From the NCBI RefSeq assembly GCF_947568905.1, contig NC_079172.1, positions 6,820,001-6,884,000 on the forward strand: a stretch of 64,000 nt of DNA. The letters are read 5' to 3'. Positions 23,028 through 35,000 of the stretch are shown piece by piece. Positions within the stretch are counted from its first letter, which is position 1. The number at the start of each line of letters is the position of its first letter. Source of the stretch: Ostrea edulis (taxonomy: Eukaryota). Made by a program: the position numbers and the translations under genes. The notes below the pieces were generated by a model. It searched no databases and had not been told where the DNA came from. It saw nothing but the letters and a program-made list of their open reading frames with translations.

Positions 23028-26000
23028 ATGCCAGCCAAAAATGGGTAAGTTCAAAATCTTTAATTTCAATTTTGCCTTTTTCTCTCTCATAAGAATCATG
23101 TAATTTTAAACTGTATCGAAACATTAATTAGGCTAATGCATATTAGACATAAATTTTTATAACTTTCAGTTTTGTTATTTGTGTTATTTTAGAGGATGTT
23201 TGCATCGTCACGTCCCCATCTCATCTACAATATAATATATTCTCAAAGGTGAAATTAGATGCTTCACATATGTTGTGTAATTGTAGACCCGTCGTGCAAA
23301 TAGACACTATACACACTATACTCTACATCTGCTGCAGCACATGCAGAAAAGGATTTCTTTTTTTCGAGCAGGAACCTTTTTTTTTCTCCCCCACATCGGC
23401 TTCTTTAGAGAAGTGGACAGGCATGACCTTCACCCAGTTTGGCTGTGGACTTGTCTGAAGATTTACAGTTGTGGGCTAGCAGTCATTCTGGTTCTATCTC
23501 CGGTAGCCAGATAGCTCAGTTGGTAGAGCACCTGACAAGAGAGATTCAGGAGGCCAGGGTTCGAATCTTGGTCTGGTCCGTAGCATTTTCTCCCTTCCTT
23601 TTACATTTTGTGCTGTTAATCACTTGAGGACTTGCAGGTAAAAGTCCAGCCAGGGGCAAAAAATCTGGGTTGTGTGTCTTTGAGAGCAAAGACAATTTAA
23701 GGAGGGAGGAATGTAGTGGTCAGTTGTGTTAGATCATCGGTGGCCAGATAGCTCAGTTGGTAGAGCAGCTGACTAGAGATTCAGGGGGCCTGGGTTCGAA
23801 TCCTGGTCTGGTTCGTTGCATTTTATCCCTTCCTGTTATATTACAGCATTATCTACTCAACCATAATTCTAACAGTTCTTCCATAGGAAAGAAATTCAAT
23901 TATTTACACAACAATCATTTATTACCATCTCGAAATTCATTGCGAGAGGGGATATAGTAACAGTTGCATGTGAGTGAGTTAATGTTTGTGTGTAACCAGT
24001 GATTTTTTAAGACCCATTTTAGGTCCGAATATCGGCCTTTTACCTTCCCAAAAATTGCCGATTTTTTCCCAATTTAACTTTCACTTTTCCCAATAATAAA
24101 AACTGGCAAAAAATGTATTTGTTAAAAAATAAAGTTCAATGTGAAAGTTTATGTGCGACATGACAAACACATCAATTCTTAGGCTAGATGATTTAAAAAG
24201 AATAATCGAAAATTTTAAAAGCTTAAAAGAAAGTTGTATATGTAAAATAAAAGAAGAATGCCAACAATTTGTGTTTGATTTCTTGTTTGATAAAATATAT
24301 TTACCATATTGTAACAGTTATTAAAAGAGGGAGTATCCTATTGATTTTAGGGTCAAAAGGCCTAGGTCACTACAGGACTTCATAGAAAAAGCTTGTGGAC
24401 ACAAACTAAAGGCTACAATTTTTGCTCGATTGATTTGATACTTCACGTGTACCTTTGTTATTGAAAGAGGAAGAACCCTATTGATTTTGGGGTCCAAAGG
24501 TCAAGATCACTATGGGAATTACAGGGAAAAAAACCTGTAGACACTCATTGCAAGGGAATATGCCCTTCCATGCAGAGCTCTTGTTATGTTATAAAGTTGT
24601 ATGGATGCTAACCACTTCATACCAGTAACTTAGGTACACGTAAATATGTATAGATTGCCAGAACTTCTTCCTTCCACTTCATACCAGTAACTTAGGTACA
24701 CGTAAATATGTATAGATTGCCAGAACTTCTTCCTTCCACTTCATACCAGTAACTTAGGTACACGTAAATATGTATAGATTGCCAGAACTTCTTCCCTCCA
24801 CTTCATACCAGTAACTTAGGTACACGTAAATATGTATAGATTGCCAGAACTTCTTCCTTCCACTTCATACCAGTAACTTAGGTACACGTAAATATGTATA
24901 GATTGCCAGAACTTCTTCCTTCCACTTCATACCAGTAACTTAGGTACACGTAAAATATGTATAGATTGCCAGAACTTCTTCCTTCCACTTCATACCAGTA
25001 ACTTAGGTACACGTAAATATGTATAGATTGCCAGAACTTCTTCCTTCCACTTCATACCAGTAACTTAGGTACACGTAAATATGTATAGATTGCCAGAACT
25101 TCTTCCTTCCACTTCATACCAGTAACTTAGGTACACGTAAATATGTATAGATTGCCAGAACTTCTTCCTTCCACTTCATACCAGTAACTTAGGTACACGT
25201 AAATATGTATAGATTACCAGAACTTCTTCCTTCCACTTCATACCAGTAACTTAGGTACACGTAAATATGTATAGATTGCCAGAACTTCTTCCTTCCACTT
25301 CATACCAGTAACTTAGGTACACGTAAATATGTATAGATTGCCAGAACTTCTTCCTTCCACTTCATACCAGTAACTTAGGTACACGTAAATATTTATAGAT
25401 TGCCAGAACTTCTTCCTTGCCTGGACGTAAATGACCCCCAGTATGATGGAGTGGTGGTGGTTACAGACACAGTCCAAAAGTTGCGGGACAATCAGCTGAA
25501 CACATTGGCAGAGGCAGTACAGAACTATGCAAAAGTTAGTAACAATAGAAATCAAAGGTCACATTCTGATTTTGTTAGTTTTTATTGTGTTTATGATGAA
25601 TTTTAAAATTCTTTCAAGTAAATTGGCATTTAAGTGTATAATTTTGCTATAGAACTGATCTGATTATAATTGCTGCGTGATATGTTAAAGGAAATTATAC
25701 CTATATACTTGATGTCGTTTGTGAACAAAGTTTGAAGGAGAAATAAATTGAGATATGTATTTGAGCAAATTTTTCAGACAGAAAATTAATTAATATCCAT
25801 CACATCATTTTGAAAAAGTAGAATACTGAATTTGAAGTCGTTTTAAATTCCAGGTGGACTCAGCTTTTGAAAAAGAAGTGGTTTTAATCAACACAGATGT
25901 TGTTCCTTCGAAAAGACTGGTAAGTATGAAGCTTCATAACTAGCCATTAAACCGTCTCCATCATCAGATTAAACCGTCTCTATCATCAGATTAAACCGTC

Positions 26001-29000
26001 TCCATCATCAGATTAAACCGTCTCTATCATCAGATTAAACCGTCTCCATCATCAGATTAAACCGTCTCTATCATCAGATTAAACCGTCTCCATCATCAGA
26101 TTAAACCGTCTCTATCATCAGGGACGTACTCTGTATGGAGGTGATATAGTAACCAGTATCCTCATTAATGACTCATTACCGGTTGTTGACTCATTACCGG
26201 TTGTTGACTCATTACCGGTTGTTGTTTTGGTGTTGGTGTTTTGATGATTCATCAGATGATGTGCTCAGACTTTATCTGTTGAATTAGATATTTGCTCCTA
26301 CTGGGCCCTTAAACCGGGACTACGATGATGTCAGAAGGTTTGCTGATGCTGCACTCAAAGGAATGAAGAGGTATGTCGTTCTACAGTGCTACTGCCAGTA
26401 TTTTGTTACAAAATAAAGAGTTAATACATGTGTACATATATCTCATTACAGTGTGTAGTACGTATATCTCATTACAGTGTGTAGTATATATCTCATTACA
26501 GTGTTTAGTACATATATCTCATTACAGTGTGTAGTACATATATCTCATTACAGTGTGTAGTACATATATCTCATTACAGTGTGTAGTACGTATATCTCAT
26601 TACAGTGTGTAGTACGTATATCTCATTACAGTGTGTAGTATATATCTCATTACAGTGTTTAGTACATATATCTCATTACAGTGTGTAGTACATATATCTC
26701 ATTACAGTGTGTAGTATATATCTCATTACAGTGTTTAGTACATATATCTCATTACAGTGTGTAGTACATATATCTCATTACAGTGTGTATTACATATATC
26801 TCATTACAGTGTGTAGTACATATATCTCATTACAGTGTGTAGTACATATATCTCATTACAGTGTTTAGTACATATATCTCATTACAGTGTGTAGTACATA
26901 TATCTCATTACAGTGTGTAGTACATATATCTCATTACAGTGTGTAGAACATATATCTCATTACAGTGTGTAGTACATATATCTCATTACAGTGTGTAGTA
27001 TATATCTCATTACAGTGTGTAGTACATATATCTCATTACAGTGTGTAGTACATATATCTCATTACAGTGTGTAGTACATATATCTCATTACAGTGTGTAG
27101 AACATATATCTCATTACAGTGTGTAGTACATATATCTCATTACAGTGTGTAGTATATATATCTCATTACAGTGTGTAGTATATATCTCATTATAGTGTGT
27201 AGAACATGTGTAGATATATCTCATTACAGTAGTACATGTGTAGATTTATATCTCATTACATATTACGGTACAGTAAAAATATCTAATATATAATACATAT
27301 AAAGAGACTATACTCTTAATGCTTTGTGTTCAGGGCCCTGCAGGCTGGCTGTAGGAAACCCCTCCTTGTCCGGCCAATAGATGACAGTTTTCCAAAAGCA
27401 GGAAGTGTCACAACACTGGGCAGCCTCTCGGCCCTCTATGTGGTCAGTCTAAGAAGTCATACTTTTCTGACTCTATGTGGTCAGTCTAAGAAGTCATACT
27501 TTTCTGATTTTCACATTTTAGTTTTTGATAATGTGGTCATCTTAGTACATGAACATACATGTATCAAGATCCATGCCACCATGAAATTTTAATCCATGTT
27601 AATAGCACAATTCAAACAATTTGTAAACCTTACCACTTGAGTTTGCAATAATTTAATTTTGAATTAATCAAACAAATATTGCAAAAAAAAAAAAAAAAAA
27701 AAAAATAGAGAGCATATAAATGCTTCAGATTTTTTATGCTGCTTAGAATTGGAATTTTTCTGTACTAACAAAAAGTTTATACCGGTATGTGTACTATAAG
27801 ACATGGTTATAATGAACATTCTGATGATAAAGGACTGCTTATGATGAAGTAATTTTTATTCCCCGTGTAAAGATAACAATTAACTTATTGGATATACCAG
27901 AAATGAATTATGAAGCAAACTAGGATCATGATGTATCGGTACTTTGATTACTATAGCAGTGTCTTGTTTCATAGCCTATAGAGGTACGAGAGGATGTACC
28001 GTCCAAATGCTATAAGGCTGAAGCTGTGGGGATCTGGTGTAATTCGGAGGAGAGAGTCAAAGAGGGCATCGCTCTAGCAAAGGCCGTGGAATTGGGCAGG
28101 TAATGTTATACTTTAGAATGTGTTTAAAATAGTGTCAGATTCAAAATCATAGTATGGAATCATTGAATGTCACACAAATTTTGCAGCATATATTGCAGAA
28201 GAAAGAGAGAAACATTTCTTTATGTCGCTAATCAATTTGTATATGCTTCTGAAGATTGTGCAACAACTTGTGCATGTCTTATAAATTCTACTGTGTATGT
28301 GAGAATTTTTGGTCGTAAAATCATAGCCTTAAATGTAGTGCCCTGTATGTACATGTATGTGCAAGTGAGTATATTTTTGTGGCAGATTGGTTTATAAATG
28401 CCTGTTTGTCAGTCTAGGGGATGTCTTGTGGTACAGAGATGTCTGTACATCTCTCTGTTCAGGGTTTTCTGTTTCTATTTTCATATCTGACTTGCTGTGT
28501 ACCATCTTTGTGGGTCACTCTAGATCTTGTTGCAAGTTTGAATTGATTCATTTTGGACCTATTTTGCAGGAGTTTTGCCCCTTAAAATTTGATATTATAT
28601 GGAGGGTGCATGATTTGTCTGTCTCCCCTCCAGAGTTTTCAAGTGAGGACCTTCTTATTTTATGAAATCTTTGTATTGGTATTGAAGATGTGCATGTGGC
28701 AAGGATTGTGAGTTTCTTCAATATTTGAGAAAATTACAAGTTGTTAGACTTTGTCAGTTTTCACTTAGTGGACACATTGCAAGGTGAGTACTTCTTTGTC
28801 CATCTCACTCCTCTTACAGTTTTCAAGCTAAGGCCAAAAAACTTGAAGATGTGCAAGTTGTCTTTGATAATGCAAAAAAATACATGTTATTGAAATATTT
28901 TACACAAAGAGTTCTTGGTTTGATTATTTTCCCCCGACACAGTTTCTAAGCAAGGACCTTTTATTCGTAAGATGCAAAAGAAAGTACGTTTATTACATGT

Positions 29001-32000
29001 TTACTCCTTTATCCAGTCTATACCACCCGTTATATATATTTTAATTATTACACTAGGTATTCCTACACAGTTTGTGACCTCACAAACTATCGTCAATTTT
29101 ATGTACAGTATGTTAACAAAATGTTTATAGTGACGTAGCTACAGAATGCTATGCGGCTTTGAAGGCCAAACAGTAACGTAAATAAAACTGGGGAAGGGGG
29201 TTAACATGAGATAAAAGGAATCTCCCATGGTTTGTGGTTTGATATGATTTATATCCAACTTGTTGTGTGTTTTCTATCCCCTCGCCAAAACTCAGGGATA
29301 GAAAACACACAACTCGTTGAATATAAATCGTATCAAACCATGGGAGATCCTATATGTATGTCACAGTTTGATAATGGCTGATATTTCCTCAACTCATGGC
29401 TTAAGAAATACACTCTATATATTAAGCTTGTGACAGGCATATTATGTACCTAATTTCAAGTATTCTTGTTTATAGAAGAAAAGGATGGAAATTCCAACAC
29501 AGACGAAATAAAAACTTTTTGTATCTTGGATTCGGTTTCAACTGATAAAGTACTTGTAAATGTTTATCTACTTTGGAGAGGGGTTTAGTATTACTGGGTT
29601 GAACATTTTTGAAAATATTCTATAAATTGTACTTGCACTCTCTTATAATCTTCATGATTTCAACGTGGACCGCGGTCTCCGTAATTTCTTTTTCAAATTG
29701 AGAATAAATTTCTGTTTCACTGTTGTGTAAAGATTTCTAAAGTTTTAAACTTCTTTTCAAGAAACACTCATGATATTAACATCTTCATATGTTAAGTTTA
29801 TTAAACATTTAAGTGCAAAAAGGTCACAACTGATGCAGAAAAAGATGTATGAAAAGTTTTGTCATTGTGTTACTTTGCATCAAACGACTTTTATCATAGA
29901 GATACAATCATTTTAATCATAGCAAATGTTTTTATATGATTAGGTAAATTTTGAATTTTAATAGCAAAAATGTAAAATTCAATGCCATTTAGCTTGTTAA
30001 GGACATATAGGTTACCAAAAAAAGAATAATAATAAAAGATTTGTCATAGAATTTTGTAAATCTGTTTATAAGTATTTAATATTGCTGAAATTCCACAATT
30101 ACCAGAAAATTTCCTATGAAACCACTTTTATTTTTGCAATTTTAACAAATCTTTACTTGAAAATTGAAAAATTTTACCTGAAAATTAAAATCCTTGAGAA
30201 ACGTATTTTTCTTAGTGTTCTTTGTAAGCACAGAAAAATCCTTCATTTGATGCCTCCAAAATTTTGTGTATCTTTAATATGACCTTAAGGTAACTCCACC
30301 CTTCTAGAATTAATAGGTTCAATTTTATATTTGATTGTTGATTCTTCAAATGATATATCTTAGTAACAAATAAAAATGATGAAATAAGTATGATGTGGTA
30401 TTAACATTTTTTCTTATCAGTTAGCACACATATACCTGTATCAACATCGGAAAATTGAAATTTTTTAAAACAGCATTTATTTATCAAAATTTCACAAAAT
30501 CTTGTTGAAACAATATGATAGTATTCATAACAATTTCATGAAACTATTTCTTAAAGAAATATACAAAATGTTTGTGAAAAATTAAGGAAATCTATCACAT
30601 AATGGACTTAATAAATAATTTCATGAAAACAGTTATTTCCCATGGATTTTATGTTTTGAAACATATAATTGATTATTCATATATAACTTACGCTTTTGAA
30701 ATATTTTATGGTTAACAAATAAATCTTGTCAAATCGTTGACTGCAAAATCTTATGATGTCACAGGAGGGTGGAACCACGTTAAGCAGCACAAAGACCCCC
30801 TCTTTTATGTCTAATTTTGTAATTTGTCAAGTTTGTAGACAGAACTTTAAAATATACATTGTACTTGCAAAATTTTCTAAAGACATTCATGCCCAGGAGC
30901 AATTATCTTTAAGTCAAGGTATTACAAACTAATAAAACAAGTCAGGAGAACAGCATTAATCCTGGGTTTGATTTTTCAACAGGATTATTACAAGGGATAT
31001 TGGTGGATCAGACCCAGAAAGAATGGCTGCCCCCAATGTGGCCAAGTATGTGGAGGAAGAGTTCAAGGACACCTGTGTCAAGGTCAGATTAATCAATCAA
31101 ATTTTGTCTAACAGAACAAACCTTTCAAGCCACACAAGAGCCAATAATATATTACATATACTAGAAAGAACATGCTACATGTATAACCAAAACTGTATTT
31201 GATGTTAATAATCAAGGGCTCTTTTGAAAGCTTTGAGAACATGAAATATATGTATAAATATCTGAAACAGAATAGTAATCTGAAGCACTCAAATAGACTG
31301 CATGGCCTCACTTTGAAATCAGGCCAATGTGGTATCTGGCTGGGTATGCTAATATTGATGGCTTTCTCACAAATTTATAAAGAGTGTCAATACACATGTA
31401 TTGTGAGATATCTGCGGAATAAAGCAAAGCACTAAGACTTGTCTCGCTTTGAAATCAGGTCACAGTGATATCCGATCCTGCCAAACTGAGGCGTGAATAC
31501 CCACTGTATGCTGCAGTCAACAGATCAGCCGATCGTACGTATTGACGAGTTGTTTCAATGTTGCTTTTTAGATGATACCCTTGAACCATTTTAGATTTAC
31601 AACACAGGTCAGAGAGAGCAAGGTTCACTGTACACTTGTAATGGTCCTGTTAAATTTACAAATCAAACAAATGCTTACTCATGCCCAATTTTAGATACAG
31701 ATATAAAAATAGAGCACTCATAGAGCATTTCAGTTCTTCAATGGAGTGCAGTTGGGGAAAAACAGGGCATGCAAGATTGTAAAGTTCTTGATTTCGATTA
31801 TATCACAAAGTATTTGAACACGAGTCCAAAGAAATAAATGAATAGTATTAGGTGTCAATATCAGTTCTATTGTTAATTATATTTAAAAAGTAAATCACAG
31901 GTAATATTCTCTAAATAAAAATATCTTAAATGTTTGGTTGCTATGAATGAAAAATTGACAGAATCATGCTATAACAACTTAATAATTAAATAGTATGATT

Positions 32001-35000
32001 ATACAATGTAACACACAATATTAGTGTATAAGGTACAATATGTATTATAATAATCAAAGATCTTTAATCGTGATGTGCTTTCTAAATATGCTTATACCAA
32101 CAACTTTGAATTTTTTTGAAAATTCACAGGGTCAAATAAAGTCAGGTGGGATTCATTTCTTTACAAGATTCTGTAGTGTTCTTTGTTCAGTCAGACCACC
32201 TTTAACTAGATAACATGGATATGACTTTACCAGTAATATATAGGAAATAAATCATTCAAATAATTTTGGAATTATAATAGTGGGGTTTTTTTTTTTACTA
32301 AATGATGTAAAATTTTAAAAAACTTGATATTTTCCAGTAGGTACATATGTATTCGTGATCAAATATACAATTAATATGTTTTGGCTTAACTCTGTGTTTA
32401 ATTATATGCATAAGAATTATTACATGTACATGTAAATGACACTTTTAAAAGTAGTAAATATTATTTAACAGAGGTAGAGAGACACCAAGGTAGGGTAATT
32501 TTCTTGGAGTATGTTGGAGCAGGAGACATTGAGAAGACTTTGTTCCTCGTTGGCAAGGTAAATAAATGTTAACAACCAGAGTATGATGATAAACATGCAT
32601 ATTCATGAGATGAATACACCACGAGATGAATATGCATTTTACCAATAGGGTGTGACCTATGACACCGGTGGGGCTGACATCAAGGCTGGGGGAGTGATGG
32701 CAGGAATGCACAGAGACAAGTGTGGGGCAGCAGCTGTAGCAGGCTTCTTCAAGGTACCAGTATAGGGTTATATTAGTGATTGACAGATTGTAGAATACAA
32801 AGCAGGTATATATAAAATGGTAGTAAATGTCTCACTTTCATTAAAAATAGATTGTTATTTCATTTGGTTATAGATATTGAGTGAAATGAAGCCTAAAGGT
32901 CTGCGAGTTGTTGGGTCAATGGCAATGGTGAGAAACAGTGTCGGTGCAAGTAAGTGAATTGACAATTGCTTTTGTGGGCTTTTATCACTCTTCGATGACA
33001 GGAGTGAAATTCAAATAAATATACAATTATGAAGATGCTTTGAACTTTCCAAAGGAAAATTTTTTGTATTGAATTTTTTTCAATCAAAAAGTTAGATTTG
33101 TTTCAATGGTTTTGATATTCTGTAGATTGCTACGTGGCTGACGAGATCATCACTTCACGAGCTGGAGTAAGGATAAGGGTCGGAAACACCGATGCCGAAG
33201 GTCGTATGGCCATGGCTGATGTTCTTTGTCAAGCTAAGGAACAAGTAATTTGTTATGTTACATTTCTGATTGATAGTAAAAATTGGTATTTCAGTTGATG
33301 CACGCATTTATCAGAAGTTGTCATTTAATGACTGTTGAAACATGTCTTGTTTTTTGAAGGCCCTGAATGCAGTAAATCCTCAACTGTTCACCATTGCAAC
33401 ATTAACAGGACATGTCATCAGAGCCTATGGACCAAATTATACAGTACGTAATTCTGACGACAGCTACATCTGTGTTAGATACATGTTGTAATGTTCTCCG
33501 GCCCAGCGTTTTATAACTAGTGATACAGAAGGATTACTGTCAATGCAGTCATAGCACAATTTGACAACATTTTTTCAGGCTATTCTTGACAATGGACCGG
33601 CCAGAAAGTTGAACAACGCCCAGGATATCCAGGCAGCAGGGGACACATGGGGGGATCCCTTCGAAATCTCAACTCTCAGAAGAGATGTAAGTTTGCATTC
33701 TCTGTCAAAGAGTTGGAATCATGTGTCAAATTTCTAGAATTTTATTGCTGAGGTCAGTATGTAATGGGCATTCACTAATTCAGCCTTTCAGCAGAATTCC
33801 ATTTATATGGTTTGTCTACATTAAATGTATATATGCATGTATTACATTTATATTTCAACATGATTTTTCTATGAAAAATATGAATGTTTGACAATAATCT
33901 GAATGACATCACAATGTCACACTGTAAAACAATAACGCCGACATCTCAATGCCGATCCAACTGTGTAGAGAAAGCATTGGCGGATCCAGCTTTTAAAACA
34001 CGGAGAGTTCTAGGATAAGGATTTTACAATGTTAAGTGTTGTAACATCTGTTGCGCTGATAAGACACAGTGCAATCGGAACCCCTCGCCCTTTACTTTTT
34101 ATAAAGGAACGGAGTAAAGGGTGAGGTGTTCTGTTTGGACACAGCAGTGTACAGACAAATTTTGAAACAAATGTTTTTCAATTTGTTTGCTCACCCATGC
34201 ATATCATGTCTGAAAATAAACAATTAATGCCTATAAAATGATAATTAGTACTTGCTCAAATTGTGAAGCAGACAGACTGCTTGTACATATATACAAGATA
34301 TACTGTATAGGGGAATAATTTCATGGGTTGTAATTTTCGAGGGTTTTTCATTTTAGACACATTTGCAGGTTCATAAATTTGTGGATTCGAACCACTATAA
34401 GCCCCACCACCACCCTTTTTTAAAAACACATTGTGTATTAAAGAATAATAAAAATATTCACGGTTTCTTAAATTCGAGGATTTGTCTAGACCGCGAATAT
34501 AGGGAAAATTTCCGCCACAATTTATTTTTCCCCTATACAGTAAATGCAAATTCTGAATAATTTAACCTTAAGAAGTGACAAAATGAAACAGGACATGCAT
34601 GACTGCCACAAACATGTCATTAAATAGAGTGTTCTCCAGTGGTGTCAGAAAATTTAGATACATGTATTTCTTATTTAGGACTACGACTTCCATCGCGGAC
34701 CCTCAGAGTATGAGGATGTTCTCCAGTGTAATAATGCCCCATCTTCAGCCACAGCTCGGGGTCACCAAACCCCAGCAGCATTCATGATAGAGGCTTCGGG
34801 ACTGGAGAAGGTGAGATCTAGTGTGTGGGGAGGAGTTATTGATGAAATAGCCTCATTACAATATTGATATAGCATGTAGATATGGATGAAATAACCTCAT
34901 TACAATATTGATACCACATGTAGCTATTGATGAAATAACCTCATTACAATATTGATATAGCATGTAGATATGGATGAAATAACCTCATTACAATATTGAT

